Source of the DNA: an uncultured delta proteobacterium
GTDB lineage: Bacteria > Desulfobacterota > Desulfobacteria > Desulfobacterales > B30-G6
Reading direction: 5' to 3'
Assembly (NCBI GenBank): GCA_963823335.1
Contig: CAWGLD010000005.1
Span: 32,001-96,000, forward strand
Length of the DNA: 64,000 nucleotides
Each line of letters begins with the position of its first letter. Position 1 is the first letter of the stretch. Under the pieces are notes generated by a model. The model was given only the letters and a program-made list of their open reading frames with translations, was not told the origin of the DNA and did no database searches. The position numbers were made by a program, and so were the translations under genes. Below are positions 25,769 through 37,519 of the stretch, one piece after another.

Positions 25769-25883
25769 GTAGACTTACTCGGAGCCCTGATATCTCCTCG
25801 CCTGATTGCAGATACATCAATTTGCCAATCTCTGTTCGTTTCGATTCAATATGTCAAGATAGTCAAGGACGTCCCCTATTTTG
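25744..25883. mobile_element. MITE-like element with perfect 24-bp terminal inverted repeats
   Basis: caaaataggggacgtccttgacta (25744-25767) and tagtcaaggacgtcccctattttg (25860-25883); no internal ORF. Confidence 0.7.
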
Positions 25884-25901
25884 TATAATCGACAGAATTC
25901 C

Positions 25902-26705
25902 TTACGGTGAAGATTCCCAGCTGCTTACGGCGGGGAGCATCAATTCATGACGCCGGGTCGTCATTTTGGGATTGCCCCCGGCATTCCTGTCAAACGTCCG
26001 CTCCAGGAACGTGATCTCACCGGTATATTTCCAAAGTATCATGGACGCACATCGGGTCCCGTAAATATCACTCGTTATAAACATGGGTGATAAAACTCTT
26101 TCCCATTCCAGGCCAACCCCAGTGTCGGGAAGGTCTTCATCCGATGGAATGGATCGATTTCCCAGAATCATGAAGATGTCTTCGGGGGAAAACCCTTCCT
26201 TTTGACTGATCAATGTATGCAGTCTGGAGGTTCCCTGGGCTACTTTGGGCCAGGGCGTGTTCAGGAGATGGTTGCTGAGACCATGCACACCGGGTTCGAT
26301 GTTGTGGATGTTTCCATCACGGTTGGAATAGTAGAAGAGAGAGTTAACATCCCCGAGGATGAGGTTGAAGCCATTATAGTCCTGACCCTTGTTCTGCAAG
26401 CTTTCCAGATAATCATAGGGATTTGATTTGCCGATCAAAAAATTTTTTACCAGAGCTCCCCGTGAAGGTGCATCCTCTATTGTCATGCCGGAATCTCTGT
26501 AATTCGTAATGGCCGCAAAACGTCCCTTTTTCGTGATTCCCATCCAGGTACCACCCGCCTTGAGATCCCGTCCGGCAAGGAGTTCCGGGGCATCTTCCCA
26601 GAAGACCGCCGCTAACGTGGGCCGATCATAAAACTCGTCTCTATTGGCAGCCAGGATGAGTTGGTAATCCGGGTGAGACCGGTAAGCAAAGATGATAAGA
26701 CACAC
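25902..26705 (-). CDS. NRDE (TANGO2) family protein
   Basis: N-terminal MC, LILAANRDEF, GGTWMG, SRGALV, YGTR. Confidence 0.95.
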   Translation of the reverse strand: MCLIIFAYRSHPDYQLILAANRDEFYDRPTLAAVFWEDAPELLAGRDLKAGGTWMGITKKGRFAAITNYRDSGMTIEDAPSRGALVKNFLIGKSNPYDYLESLQNKGQDYNGFNLILGDVNSLFYYSNRDGNIHNIEPGVHGLSNHLLNTPWPKVAQGTSRLHTLISQKEGFSPEDIFMILGNRSIPSDEDLPDTGVGLEWERVLSPMFITSDIYGTRCASMILWKYTGEITFLERTFDRNAGGNPKMTTRRHELMLPAVSSWESSP

Positions 26706-26871
26706 GGCGAATTATTGACCTTTTGGATGAGGATATGATACGTAGCCATAGCATTATGAAATCGTAAACGATTTTAAAATGCGTGACGTTACCGCTTTGA
26801 AAATAAACTTACAGTTTTCTAAAATATCAACAGTTAACTAGGACTGTCAATGTGAATAAAGGAGAAACGGT

Positions 26872-28158
26872 ATGAAAGAAGTCGTCGTTGTGGGTGGTGC
26901 AAGAACTGCCATAGGAACCTTTGGAAGTGGTTTGAAAACGATTTCCGTCGTGGAACTGGGGTCTATTGTCATGAAAGATGTTTTCAGGCGGGCCAATCTC
27001 CGGCCGGTAGCCAGTGAATCCATGGAGGCTTTTGCCCCGGACAAGTTGAAGGGCAGGGGCAGGATCGAACTGGAAACACAACATGGCCAGTGGGACGATA
27101 CAGCCATTCCTGTAACCGTCGACGAGGTCATCATGGGCAATGTTCTCCAGGCCGCTCAAGGCCAGAATCCGGCCCGCCAGGCCATGATTCGGGCTGGTAT
27201 CTCCAAGGAAACCCCTGCCTTGACCATCAACAAGGTCTGCGGATCCGGATTAAAAGCCATTGCCATAGGTGCCGCGGCCATTATGTCCGGCCAGGCTGAT
27301 GTCGTTCTTGCGGGAGGACAGGAGAGTATGAGCACCGTGCCCATGGCTCTGCCTAAAGCAAGATGGGGGCATCGCATGGAGTTGACCGGCGTGGGAGATA
27401 TTTACGACCTGATGGTTTTTGACGGTCTTTATGAAATATTTTATGGCTATCACATGGGTCTTACCGCCGAAAACATTGCTGAATTGTACCATATCAGCCG
27501 GGAAGAGCAAGACGAGCTTGCCGTATTGAGCCACCAGCGTGCGAGAAAGGCTATCACGGACGGCGATTTTGCAGCAGAAATTGTTCCGGTCACCATCAAG
27601 TCACGCAAAGAAGAGACCCTGTTCGATACAGACGAAAGACCCATGGAAACAGACATGCAAAAGATGTCCCGCTTACGACCGGCCTTCAAAACGGACGGTA
27701 CGGTGACTGCCGGAAATGCTTCGGGTATCAACGATGGCGCGGCGGCTGTACTCCTCATGAACGCTGAAAGGGCCCGTGAGCTGGGTCTCGAGCCGATTGT
27801 CAAGATCAAAGCATTTGCGTCCGGTGGTGTAGACCCTGCGTATATGGGGCTGGGACCGGTGCCCGCTATACGGAAAGTGCTCAAGTCGACGGGGATGAGT
27901 CTGGACGATATTGACATGATCGAATTGAACGAGGCCTTTGCAGCTCAGGCCATCGGTTGTATGCGTGAACTGGGTCTTGAAACCAGTCGTCCAAATGAAT
28001 TAGGAAGCGGTATTTCACTTGGTCATCCCATTGGCTGTACCGGAGCACGTCAAATGGTCAGTGGCATGAATTTAATGAAACGGAAAGATTACCAGACCGG
28101 CCTGATAAGCATGTGCATCGGCGGTGGAATGGGCATGGCCATGATCATTGAACGTTGA
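26872..28158 (+). CDS. Acetyl-CoA C-acetyltransferase (thiolase)
   Basis: INKVCGSG, NEAFA, GHPIGCTG, MCIGGGMG. Confidence 0.96.
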   Translation: MKEVVVVGGARTAIGTFGSGLKTISVVELGSIVMKDVFRRANLRPVASESMEAFAPDKLKGRGRIELETQHGQWDDTAIPVTVDEVIMGNVLQAAQGQNPARQAMIRAGISKETPALTINKVCGSGLKAIAIGAAAIMSGQADVVLAGGQESMSTVPMALPKARWGHRMELTGVGDIYDLMVFDGLYEIFYGYHMGLTAENIAELYHISREEQDELAVLSHQRARKAITDGDFAAEIVPVTIKSRKEETLFDTDERPMETDMQKMSRLRPAFKTDGTVTAGNASGINDGAAAVLLMNAERARELGLEPIVKIKAFASGGVDPAYMGLGPVPAIRKVLKSTGMSLDDIDMIELNEAFAAQAIGCMRELGLETSRPNELGSGISLGHPIGCTGARQMVSGMNLMKRKDYQTGLISMCIGGGMGMAMIIER

Positions 28159-28271
28159 TTTTTCTCTTTACTTCATGGACAATTATTGTTAAAAAATAGA
28201 ATTGTTACACGCCAGAAAACGACACCCATTTTATTAAAAAATTGGGCTAATCACGTAGTTGGGAGATCTGT

Positions 28272-28427
28272 ATGAACGTTAGCAGAAAATTGGGCATTCT
28301 GGTTTTTTGTGGTGTGCCGGCGATTGTCGGCGGCGGGATTTTATATGCTGTTTTTGGGAACTATATACCTGTATTTATATATGAAGTTTTGCTTGTTTTT
28401 GCAGCTGGTAGCTATGTAAGCAGATAG
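28272..28427 (+). CDS. Small two-helix membrane protein, 51 aa (absent from ORF track)
   Basis: SD GGGAG then MNVSRKLGILVFCGVPAIVGGGILYAVFGNYIPVFIYEVLLVFAAGSYVSR*. Confidence 0.7.
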   Translation: MNVSRKLGILVFCGVPAIVGGGILYAVFGNYIPVFIYEVLLVFAAGSYVSR

Positions 28428-28609
28428 AACACCTGCCATTTATCGCACCATATCGCCAGTCACAACGACTTTTCCGCTGTGGAGCGCTATCACTTGTGGA
28501 TGTCGCTCACTCCGGGTATCACGCATTCTCTTTCAACGTGGATCACACATTGGTTGTTTCACTCAATGACCATCCGTTTTATAATTCCATGTAATACAGT
28601 GGGGATCGT

Positions 28610-29758
28610 ATGACCGAAAAAAACACCAACTATACGATTTTACTGTTTTTTATAGCCTGTTTTCTGATTTCGATATTTCTGCTCGGCTGGCTTCTGTGGC
28701 CGTTTCTGTCCATTATCATCATTGCGGCAGTCGTTACCGGTATTTTCAGCCCCCTGTATCGTCTTATTATCCGCGGCGGCTATATTCGGCCTGCCATTGG
28801 ATCCTTTTTGACCTGTTGTGTTATTTTCTGCATTCTTTTTATCCCCATTGCTTTTTTTGTGAGTGTCCTGTCCAAGGAGGCCTACGATCTTTATCTGGCG
28901 GCCAAAAGTGCCATTATCACCCCGCAGATCAGCGCCCTCATGGCAGGGAGTAAAGTCCTTGAGCTTACCAACAACTTGCTGGCGAATTTTAATTTTCAGA
29001 TTACCGTTGAGGAACTCAATACCTACATTTCCGACATCGCTAAATTCGTAGGGTTCTTTCTTTACAACCAGGCCAGAGCGATTGCATCCAACATGCTGGC
29101 ATTTTTTATCAATTTTTTCCTGATGCTGCTTGTTATCTATTATCTGCTTGTCGATGGTGAGCGGCTTGTTCGTTTTATTGTCGACCTGTCTCCGCTCCCC
29201 AACAATCAGGATCAGATCCTTCTGAAAAAATTCAAGGAGATGGCGGGGGCTCTTCTCATCGGGAATGGGGTCGGTGGTCTGATCCAGGGACTGGCAGGTG
29301 GGGGGGTATTCAGCCTTTTTGGATTACCTTCACCGTTCCTGTGGGGCGTCATCATGGGGCTGCTTGCATTTCTGCCGATTATCGGCATCGGCATCGTTTT
29401 TATACCTGCGGCCATTTATCTGTTTCTCAAGGGGCGGGTCGCGGCGAGCATCTTCTTTATCATATTTTACGTTGTTCTTTCCGGGGGGGTAGAATATTTA
29501 TTCAAACCCAAACTCGTGGGACAGCGGGTAAAAATGCACACACTGCTGGTGTTTTTATCCATCATCGGCGGGCTGAAGCTTTTCGGTATCCTGGGTATTA
29601 TTTACGGTCCCCTGGTGATTACCGCATTCTTGACCCTGACAGAAATCTATCGTTCCAACTATCAGACAATGGTGAATCCACTGGGGCTGCCGTTGAAAGA
29701 AACATGCGCTTCGGAATTTCATGAATCCAATACAACAGAAATGCAAGGTGAAAAATGA
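28610..29758 (+). CDS. AI-2E family transporter
   Basis: Multi-[36 protein letters not shown] signature. Confidence 0.92.
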   Translation: MTEKNTNYTILLFFIACFLISIFLLGWLLWPFLSIIIIAAVVTGIFSPLYRLIIRGGYIRPAIGSFLTCCVIFCILFIPIAFFVSVLSKEAYDLYLAAKSAIITPQISALMAGSKVLELTNNLLANFNFQITVEELNTYISDIAKFVGFFLYNQARAIASNMLAFFINFFLMLLVIYYLLVDGERLVRFIVDLSPLPNNQDQILLKKFKEMAGALLIGNGVGGLIQGLAGGGVFSLFGLPSPFLWGVIMGLLAFLPIIGIGIVFIPAAIYLFLKGRVAASIFFIIFYVVLSGGVEYLFKPKLVGQRVKMHTLLVFLSIIGGLKLFGILGIIYGPLVITAFLTLTEIYRSNYQTMVNPLGLPLKETCASEFHESNTTEMQGEK

Positions 29759-32181
29759 CGACGAGTGAATACACACCTGAGATCAGCATCGAAAAAGAGA
29801 TGAAAAAGTCATATCTTGACTATGCCATGAGTGTCATCATCGGTCGGGCGCTGCCCGATGTCAGAGATGGCCTCAAACCGGTACACCGCCGGGTACTTTA
29901 TGCCATGCGAGAACTGAAAAACGACTGGAACAAGGCGTATAAAAAATCCGCCAGAATTGTCGGTGACGTTATCGGTAAGTACCACCCTCATGGTGATACC
30001 GCCGTGTATGATACCATTGTTCGGATGGCACAGAATTTTTCCATGCGCTACCCGCTGGTGGACGGGCAGGGTAACTTTGGTTCCGTGGACGGAGATCCGC
30101 CCGCAGCCATGCGATACACAGAGGTTCGAATGATGCAGCTTTCGCATCAAATGCTCATGGACCTGGAAAAAGACACGGTGGATCTGATTCCAAATTACGA
30201 CGAGTCCATGACAGAGCCGTCTGTTCTGCCGACCATTATTCCGACACTATTGGCAAATGGGTCCTCGGGCATAGCAGTGGGCATGGCAACCAATATACCA
30301 CCCCACAACCTGTGTGAGCTCATTGATGCCCTCACAGCCCTTATCGATGACCCTGATATCTCCATCAAGGGGCTTATGAAAAAAATGCCGGGGCCGGATT
30401 TTCCTACAGCGGGTATCATTCATGGCACAAAGGGAATCACGGACGCCTATCACACCGGCCGGGGGATCATTCGTGTCAGGGCGCGGGCCAATATTGAAAA
30501 AGATAAGCGAACAGGCACGGAGACAATCGTCATCACCGAAATTCCTTTCCAGGTCAACAAGGCTCGCGTAATAGAAAAAGTAGCGGAGCTGATGAAGTCA
30601 AAACATCTGGAAGGCATCAAATTCATCAGAGACGAGTCTGACCGGGACGGTATGCGCATCGCTTTGGGTTTGAAAAAAGACCAGGTGGCAGGGGTTATCG
30701 TCAACAAGCTGTATAAGCACACCCAGCTCGAAAATACATTCGGAATCATTTTTCTTGCTGTTGTTAACAAGCAACCTGAAGTACTGAACTTAAAAGCGCT
30801 TCTGGATCATTTCATTCTACATCGTAAAGAGGTGATCGTCCGGCGGACACGCTACGATCTGAACAAGGCCGAAGCCAGGGCTCATATCCTGGAAGGCTTG
30901 AAAATCGCTTTGGATCACCTGGATAGAATCGTGGCGCTTATCCGTGGTTCCAAGACACCTCCGGAGGCAAAAGCCCGACTGATGGAAGAATTTGACCTGT
31001 CCGTGCTGCAGGCCCAGGCAATTCTGGATATGCGCCTGCAGAGATTGACAGGTCTCGAAAGAGACAAGATCAATGATGAGTATGTCGGTCTGTTGAAGGA
31101 TATTGCTTATTTCAAGGAAATTCTGGGGAGTGAAAGACTGGTCCTGAGCATCATCAAGGGCGAGCTGGCAGAAGTCAGGAATGAATACGGGGATCCCCGT
31201 CGAACCGAGATCATAGAGGCCACGCGTGAACTGACCATCGAGGACATGATCGTTGAAGAAGACATGGTGGTTACCATTTCCAACAGTGGCTATATCAAGC
31301 GTAACCCCATTACGCTGTACCAAAGCCAGCGGCGTGGCGGGAAAGGAAAAACCGCCATGGGAACGAAAGAGGAAGATTTTGTCGAACGCCTCTTTGTCGC
31401 TTCGACGCATCACACATTTCTCTTTTTTACCAACAAAGGCCGGGTTTACTGGCGCAAGGTGTACGAAATACCCCAGGCCGGGCGCTTGAGCAAAGGCAAG
31501 GCTATCGTGAATCTTCTGAACCTCGAGAAAGATGAGGAGTTGGCGACGGTTCTCGATGTGCCTTCATTTGATCCGGGATCCTATATTATCAAGGCGACAA
31601 AAAACGGACTGGTGAAAAAGACGGATCTCATGGCTTACAGTCGACCACGTGTAGGCGGTATTATTGCGCTGAGTCTGGTAGAGGGTGACGAACTTATTTC
31701 CGCACGGATAACGGATGGCACCCGGAACGTGTTTTTGGGCTCGGTAGAAGGGAAATCGATCCGTTTTCATGAATCCGATGTTCGCCCGACCGGCAGGGCG
31801 GCCCAGGGGGTCCGCGGGATGCGTTTATCCTCCGGAGATGCCATCATCGGTATGGAGGTCATGGGGCATGGGCAGACGTTGTTTACAGCAACCCAGAATG
31901 GATATGGGAAGCGAACATCCATTGATGCCTACCCAATCCAGAAACGGGGTGGCCTGGGGGTCATCACCATCAAAACTAGCAAAAGAAACGGAAAAGTCGT
32001 CTCCATACTACTGGTAGAAGAGGATGATGACCTGATGCTCATGACGGATATAGGCAAGATTATCCGGATGCCCATCAGGGGTATTTCCGTGATCAGCCGC
32101 AATACCCAAGGTGTGACACTGATCGATATAGAAGAAGGCGAGCGTGTGGTTGGTGCCGCACGCCTGGCAGAAAAAGAATAA
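29755..32181 (+). CDS. gyrA: DNA gyrase subunit A
   Basis: [32 protein letters not shown], GyrA-box QRRGGKG. Confidence 0.98.
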   Translation: MTTSEYTPEISIEKEMKKSYLDYAMSVIIGRALPDVRDGLKPVHRRVLYAMRELKNDWNKAYKKSARIVGDVIGKYHPHGDTAVYDTIVRMAQNFSMRYPLVDGQGNFGSVDGDPPAAMRYTEVRMMQLSHQMLMDLEKDTVDLIPNYDESMTEPSVLPTIIPTLLANGSSGIAVGMATNIPPHNLCELIDALTALIDDPDISIKGLMKKMPGPDFPTAGIIHGTKGITDAYHTGRGIIRVRARANIEKDKRTGTETIVITEIPFQVNKARVIEKVAELMKSKHLEGIKFIRDESDRDGMRIALGLKKDQVAGVIVNKLYKHTQLENTFGIIFLAVVNKQPEVLNLKALLDHFILHRKEVIVRRTRYDLNKAEARAHILEGLKIALDHLDRIVALIRGSKTPPEAKARLMEEFDLSVLQAQAILDMRLQRLTGLERDKINDEYVGLLKDIAYFKEILGSERLVLSIIKGELAEVRNEYGDPRRTEIIEATRELTIEDMIVEEDMVVTISNSGYIKRNPITLYQSQRRGGKGKTAMGTKEEDFVERLFVASTHHTFLFFTNKGRVYWRKVYEIPQAGRLSKGKAIVNLLNLEKDEELATVLDVPSFDPGSYIIKATKNGLVKKTDLMAYSRPRVGGIIALSLVEGDELISARITDGTRNVFLGSVEGKSIRFHESDVRPTGRAAQGVRGMRLSSGDAIIGMEVMGHGQTLFTATQNGYGKRTSIDAYPIQKRGGLGVITIKTSKRNGKVVSILLVEEDDDLMLMTDIGKIIRMPIRGISVISRNTQGVTLIDIEEGERVVGAARLAEKE

Positions 32182-32183
32182 AT

Positions 32184-33212
32184 ATGTCTGAAGACATAAC
32201 GAGATATAAAATTGGTGTTGTGGGCGCCGGCAGTTGGGGGACCGCCCTGGCGAATCTTCTCGCCACAAAGGGGTATGCCGTTGACTTGTGGGTTTATGAG
32301 GCATCTGTCAGGGATGAAATTCTGAAAAACAGGGAAAACCGGTCATTTCTTCCTGGTATCACCTTGTCCAGTCAACTGACCCCCTGGAATGATATTGCCG
32401 ATGTCGTTACGGGTAAAGACATGGTTCTGACGGTGGTGCCGTCCCATCTTGTTCGGCAGGTTGCAGCCAAAATGGAGCCTCACATCTCTGCCGATACGAT
32501 TATCGTGTCGGCTTCAAAGGGCATAGAGAATAAGACCTATCTGACCATGACCCGGGTGTTAGGTGACATGCTCCCGAAAATCCGCAAAGGAAACTTTGCC
32601 GTACTGTCGGGACCGAGTTTTGCTTCTGAAGTGGCCAGGGCCATGCCTACTGTCTTGACGGTGGCCTCGGGTGACTTGAAAATAGCTGAAACCATCCAGC
32701 ATGTTTTTGCGACGCCATTTTTTCGGGTATACACCAACGATGACCCCATCGGCGTGGAACTGGGAGGGTCGGTAAAGAATGTGATTGCCATAGCAGCAGG
32801 CATTATCGATGGTCTGGGTCTCGGTTTGAATACCCGTGCGGCGTTGATTACAAGGGGTCAGACCGAAATCAGGAGACTGGGTCTGAAAATGGGAGCCAAT
32901 CCCAGAACATTCACCGGTCTTGCCGGTATCGGTGATCTGATTCTGACATGTACGGGTGACCTGAGCCGAAATCATACGGTCGGCAAGAGAATCGGCCAGG
33001 GTGAAAAACTTGCCGATATTCTGTCGGGCATGAATATGGTGGCAGAGGGAATCAAAACATCTGAATCCGTGTATAATTTTTCCCGCAGTCTGGGTGTAGA
33101 AATGCCTATTTCTCATGAGATTTATCATGTGTTGTATGATGATGTCTCTCCGGAGGATGCGCTGTTTCGTCTCATGACCCGGGATCTCAAACACGAGTTG
33201 GATGAGAATTAA
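32184..33212 (+). CDS. gpsA: NAD(P)H-dependent glycerol-3-phosphate dehydrogenase
   Basis: GAGSWGTALA, SGPSFA, KNVIAIAAG, GIGDLILTC..SRN. Confidence 0.96.
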   Translation: MSEDITRYKIGVVGAGSWGTALANLLATKGYAVDLWVYEASVRDEILKNRENRSFLPGITLSSQLTPWNDIADVVTGKDMVLTVVPSHLVRQVAAKMEPHISADTIIVSASKGIENKTYLTMTRVLGDMLPKIRKGNFAVLSGPSFASEVARAMPTVLTVASGDLKIAETIQHVFATPFFRVYTNDDPIGVELGGSVKNVIAIAAGIIDGLGLGLNTRAALITRGQTEIRRLGLKMGANPRTFTGLAGIGDLILTCTGDLSRNHTVGKRIGQGEKLADILSGMNMVAEGIKTSESVYNFSRSLGVEMPISHEIYHVLYDDVSPEDALFRLMTRDLKHELDEN

Positions 33213-33217
33213 ACCTC

Positions 33218-33274
33218 AACTGAGCGATTTTTCCCGAAGAGATCGGTGCAGATCGAGAAAAAAAACGCTCAGTT
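33218..33274. repeat. Inverted repeat after gpsA
   Basis: aactgagcg...cgctcagtt with T/A-tract extension of the stem. Confidence 0.5.
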
Positions 33275-33329
33275 CAGGCCAAACCCAAGGTGAGCAGTTC
33301 AGATTTTAAATTGATTGGGTGGAAAAGCG

Positions 33330-34073
33330 ATGGATCGGAGGCAGGAACATAAGGGTGCCGGCCACAGGCAGCGCTTGAGAGAAAAGTTTCTTGATACCGG
33401 TCTGGCAGGATTTCATGATTATGAAGTGATCGAGCTTCTCTTGACACTTGGGACGCCCCGCAAAGATTGCAAAGAGGCGGCAAAATCAGCCCTGAAACGA
33501 TTTAAGACACTCCAGGGGGTTTTTGAGGCATCTTCCCGGGAATTATGTGAGGTCGCCGGTATCGGTGAGAAGAATCTGTTCGGTATCAAATTGATCAAAG
33601 ATGCAGCAGATCGGTATTTGAATGCCAGGATACTGCGGAAAGATCCCATCAACAACTCAAAGGAGTTGTATGCGTATCTCACCGCCAGCATGAGAGATAA
33701 GAGCAGGGAATGCTTCAGGGCTGTTTACCTGGATGCCAAGAACAGGATTCTGGCCACAGAAACACTTTTTCAAGGGACTTTGACTGCCAGTTCCGTATAC
33801 CCGAGAGAGGTTGTCCGTGCAGCACTCGACCACCATGCTGCGGCGCTGATCTTCGCGCACAATCACCCATCCGGAGATCCCGAGCCTTCTGAGGAAGATA
33901 TCGCCATCACACGGAAACTTGTCTTTGCCTGTCAGATGATGGGCATTGCAGTTCATGAACATGTAATCATTGGACATAACCAATACTTCAGTTTTGCCGA
34001 TCAAGGCTATATGAAGAGATTGAACAGAGAATATGAACGAAGAGAAACCGAGTCGCCCAGCTTGCTTCGCTGA
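33330..34073 (+). CDS. radC: RadC/JAB-domain protein
   Basis: GHRQRLR, ELLL, HhH, VYPREVV, AHNHPSG..PSEED. Confidence 0.95.
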   Translation: MDRRQEHKGAGHRQRLREKFLDTGLAGFHDYEVIELLLTLGTPRKDCKEAAKSALKRFKTLQGVFEASSRELCEVAGIGEKNLFGIKLIKDAADRYLNARILRKDPINNSKELYAYLTASMRDKSRECFRAVYLDAKNRILATETLFQGTLTASSVYPREVVRAALDHHAAALIFAHNHPSGDPEPSEEDIAITRKLVFACQMMGIAVHEHVIIGHNQYFSFADQGYMKRLNREYERRETESPSLLR

Positions 34074-34347
34074 TCTGGAAATTGTCTTTCCGGAAAGTGG
34101 TGACGGACTCAGGGCATCTCCTGAAACCTGCATGGCGTGTCTGCAGAAAACAGAGTGTCTGAGAACTGCCATGAAAGGAACATCCGGTATCAACGTGCGC
34201 GAGGCAGCCGTCGACAGGGCATACACATCCGGTTCAATGGGGTTTGTTGAGCGCTGGTCGAGAAAGAAGGAATTGAGTCGCCGGCTCAAGCAACAGGTCA
34301 AGAGAGAGAAATTACAAAAAGAAAAACAGCGGAGGGATGGACCATGA
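34033..34347 (+). CDS. Cys-rich hypothetical protein
   Basis: Four Cys (CF...CMAC...EC); overlaps the radC end and the pgk start. Confidence 0.7.
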   Translation: MNEEKPSRPACFADLEIVFPESGDGLRASPETCMACLQKTECLRTAMKGTSGINVREAAVDRAYTSGSMGFVERWSRKKELSRRLKQQVKREKLQKEKQRRDGP

Positions 34348-35543
34348 AAACCATCAAGGACATCGCTATATCAAATAAAAAAGTCTTTATCAGGGTCGAT
34401 TTCAATGTGCCCCTGGACAGCAAACAGCAGATTACAGATGACGCCAGAATAGAAGCGGTGCTGCCGACACTGAAATATGCGTTGTCTCAGGATGCCTGCC
34501 TGATTCTTGCCTCACATCTGGGGCGGCCCAAAGGGCAAATCAAAGCGGAATTCAGTCTGCAACCGGTGGCCAGTCGTTTGGGTGAGATTCTAGGACTGGA
34601 TGTGATGATGGCCCCTGACTGTGTTGGTAAAGATGTGGCCGCAATCGTCGACGGTATGAAAGGCGGACAGGTATTGATGCTGGAGAACCTTCGTTTCTAT
34701 AAAGAGGAAGAACAGAATGACAGTGATTTTGGAAAAGCCCTGGCCGCTTTCTGTGATGTTTATATCAACGATGCCTTTGCCGTGTCCCATCGTGCCAATG
34801 CTTCGGTAGCGTCCATCACGGAGCATGCACCGGTTTCGGCAGCAGGATTGCTCCTGGAAAGGGAGCTCGATTTTTTTGATAAAGCCATGAAGAATCCTGT
34901 CCGTCCACTGGTGGCAGTTGTGGGTGGTGCCAAGATATCAAGCAAGTTGTCTGCACTGAAAAATATGTTGCAGCATGTGGATAAGATTATTGTGGGCGGC
35001 GCTATGGCAAATACCTTTATCAAAAGCAGCGGCTCTGATGTGGGCCAGTCGTTGATCGAAGAAGATTTGGTGGATACTGCCAGAAACGTTGTCGAAAAGG
35101 CCCGGGAACGCGGTATCAAATTCTATATGCCGGTGGATGTTGTCGTGGCGGATCGGTTGGACCCGGACGCACATGTGAAAAATGTCCCCATACAGGAAAT
35201 TCCACCGCAATGGTTGGCAGCGGATATAGGACCGGCCACATCCTGTCTCTTTTCAGAAGTACTTCAGGATGCCGGAACCATTATCTGGAACGGACCCATG
35301 GGGGTGTTTGAAATGGCACCCTTCAGTCAGGGAACATTTGAACTTGCCCGGGTGGTCGCAGGGTCAAAGGCTACATCCATCATCGGTGGTGGCGAAACCG
35401 GAAGTGCGGTGCAAAAAGCCGGTGTAGCCGACCAGATATCCTATATCTCCACCGGGGGCGGTGCCTTTCTGACACTCATGGAAGGGGAACAACTGGTGGC
35501 GGTAGCAGCCCTGGAAAAGGCCATGTCCCGGGAAATTTCATGA
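34344..35543 (+). CDS. pgk: Phosphoglycerate kinase
   Basis: [37 protein letters not shown]. Confidence 0.98.
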   Translation: MKTIKDIAISNKKVFIRVDFNVPLDSKQQITDDARIEAVLPTLKYALSQDACLILASHLGRPKGQIKAEFSLQPVASRLGEILGLDVMMAPDCVGKDVAAIVDGMKGGQVLMLENLRFYKEEEQNDSDFGKALAAFCDVYINDAFAVSHRANASVASITEHAPVSAAGLLLERELDFFDKAMKNPVRPLVAVVGGAKISSKLSALKNMLQHVDKIIVGGAMANTFIKSSGSDVGQSLIEEDLVDTARNVVEKARERGIKFYMPVDVVVADRLDPDAHVKNVPIQEIPPQWLAADIGPATSCLFSEVLQDAGTIIWNGPMGVFEMAPFSQGTFELARVVAGSKATSIIGGGETGSAVQKAGVADQISYISTGGGAFLTLMEGEQLVAVAALEKAMSREIS

Positions 35544-36250
35544 AGGAGCTGGGTTTTCGTCGCTTGGCAGGCAGATGGGGTCTGGGTCTATTGGTCTTTT
35601 TTCTCATCCTGGGTCTGCTGCTCTTTTTTTATGGTGGAGAACTCTGGTCTTTGATTGTGCGCTTTTTTTCTTTTCTTTCGGACAGGGAAAAAACCAGTGC
35701 CTATATTGAAGGATTCGGCTCTACGGCTCCGCTGGTCTTTATGCTGGTACAAGTTCTTCAGGTTCTTCTGGCACCCGTACCCGGTGAGGCTACCGGGTTT
35801 ATCGGTGGCTATCTATTTGGTGTAACAAAAGGCTTTCTTTTATCGAGTATTGCGTTAAGCATCGGCTCCATCATCAACTTCGGTATCGGTCGGTTTTTCG
35901 GGCAACGGTATGTGAGAAAAGTCATACCACCCAAATACCTGGCACGATTCGATACGGTTGCCAGGCGGGAAGGTGTCTTGATCGTTTTTATGCTGTTCGT
36001 CTTTCCAGGGTTTCCAAAAGACTACCTGTGTCTGTTTCTGGGATTAAGCTCCCTTCCGTTCAAAATATTTTTTTTAATGACGACCATCGGCAGGATGCCG
36101 GGCACATTTATCCTGAGTCTGCAGGGCGCCATGCTGTTCGAACAGAACTATTTGATTCTGGCACTGGCGACAGTGATCTGTTCCATAATTTTCCTGATTG
36201 TTTACCGATACCGCGAATCTTTCTATACCTGGATCGAAAAGCAAACCTGA
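35540..36250 (+). CDS. TVP38/TMEM64 (DedA superfamily) membrane protein
   Basis: [31 protein letters not shown]. Confidence 0.9.
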   Translation: MKELGFRRLAGRWGLGLLVFFLILGLLLFFYGGELWSLIVRFFSFLSDREKTSAYIEGFGSTAPLVFMLVQVLQVLLAPVPGEATGFIGGYLFGVTKGFLLSSIALSIGSIINFGIGRFFGQRYVRKVIPPKYLARFDTVARREGVLIVFMLFVFPGFPKDYLCLFLGLSSLPFKIFFLMTTIGRMPGTFILSLQGAMLFEQNYLILALATVICSIIFLIVYRYRESFYTWIEKQT

Positions 36251-36315
36251 CATCGTAGAACGATTTTGTGGGTCCAAACATTTCTTTTCTCATCTGCAAT
36301 ACCTGTTCCTAATAG

Positions 36316-36344
36316 TTGACCATTTATCGATTTGATGGTATGAT
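36316..36344 (+). promoter_or_regulatory. Sigma-70-type promoter
   Basis: TTGACC-17 bp-TATGAT with extended TG. Confidence 0.6.
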
Positions 36345-36383
36345 CTACCTATTATTCCATATTCCTAAAGACAGGAGAACGGC

Positions 36384-37445
36384 ATGGCATTTTGGGGTGT
36401 CCGGGAAGAGTTGAGCCGTGCAAATCAACTGAGACGTTCCTATTACGAGCTCTTGAGAGATGAGCTCGATCAATTTGTTCTTCAGTATGCATTAGTCGAC
36501 TCATTCAACAACTTCTTGTCGAAAAATGAAACATATCCCTTTGTAGCTAAGCGCGAATTAAAACCACGTGCCCGAATACCCGACCTCGAGTACGGAAGTC
36601 ACAACACCTTCCTGCTGCTCTTCGTAGAGGAAGCGGTGTCCGCCATTCATAAAAAATATATCCGGTTTTTTGATGTCAACAAAACAACCCTGGCAAATCT
36701 TCTCAATTCGCAGGCACTGACACTTTCCGAAAAGTACGACAGAAACCAGAAAAACCTGGAATCGGTTCATTTTTTCAACTTTCTGAAGGATCTTCTTCCG
36801 GTTGATTATGCATTGCTCATTCAACGAGATCCGGCCAGCAAAAAGAGACATCGATATTCCCTGTCCCACTTCCATGTCCGCGTAGACTGGCCTATCGCTG
36901 ATGCCGCCGAGGACCTGGCCAAGAGTCTTCGTTATATATCCCAGGACTTGTACGAAAGAGGGGACAAGTATGCCGAGGATATTCAAAAGAAATATTTTGA
37001 GTATTACGGTGTTCCTGTAATGGTCGGTGGCCGACGCACAGCGGCCATTGTCGCTGCCCAATACTTCAAGAGGATCAGCTGCATCACAACGGTTTATGTG
37101 GGCAGCAGTGAGTCGCGGGCATTGATACGGATTTCAGAGCGGGGAACTTCGAGGATCGTGCTCATCAAACTCAACGAGATGGAACTCAATGCGATTGCAG
37201 TGTCCAACCGGATCAAGCCCAAGACTTTCAAGAAAAACTATGTCGCCGTAAAGTACAACAATACCAACATCTGCCTGTTTCAGACCACCTATGGTTACAC
37301 CAACCATGCCCGACCGCCCGATGACGGCAAACTGCGGGATCTAAAGCCGGATCTCAACTGGCTTTCGGTCAGCGGGCAGCATATCCTGCCTAAACCCGGC
37401 GCCTGGAAAAGCCCGCCCATACCCTGGAACCTTGTTTACACATAA
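36384..37445 (+). CDS. Hypothetical protein, 353 aa
   Basis: Long ORF with SD AGGAG and own promoter; no motif recognised. Confidence 0.85.
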   Translation: MAFWGVREELSRANQLRRSYYELLRDELDQFVLQYALVDSFNNFLSKNETYPFVAKRELKPRARIPDLEYGSHNTFLLLFVEEAVSAIHKKYIRFFDVNKTTLANLLNSQALTLSEKYDRNQKNLESVHFFNFLKDLLPVDYALLIQRDPASKKRHRYSLSHFHVRVDWPIADAAEDLAKSLRYISQDLYERGDKYAEDIQKKYFEYYGVPVMVGGRRTAAIVAAQYFKRISCITTVYVGSSESRALIRISERGTSRIVLIKLNEMELNAIAVSNRIKPKTFKKNYVAVKYNNTNICLFQTTYGYTNHARPPDDGKLRDLKPDLNWLSVSGQHILPKPGAWKSPPIPWNLVYT

Positions 37446-37519
37446 TCGTTACTACGAAATGTATCCCTGGAATCCACATTTCATGGAAACGCTCAGCTTA
37501 GGTTGAAAGAGGAGAGGAG

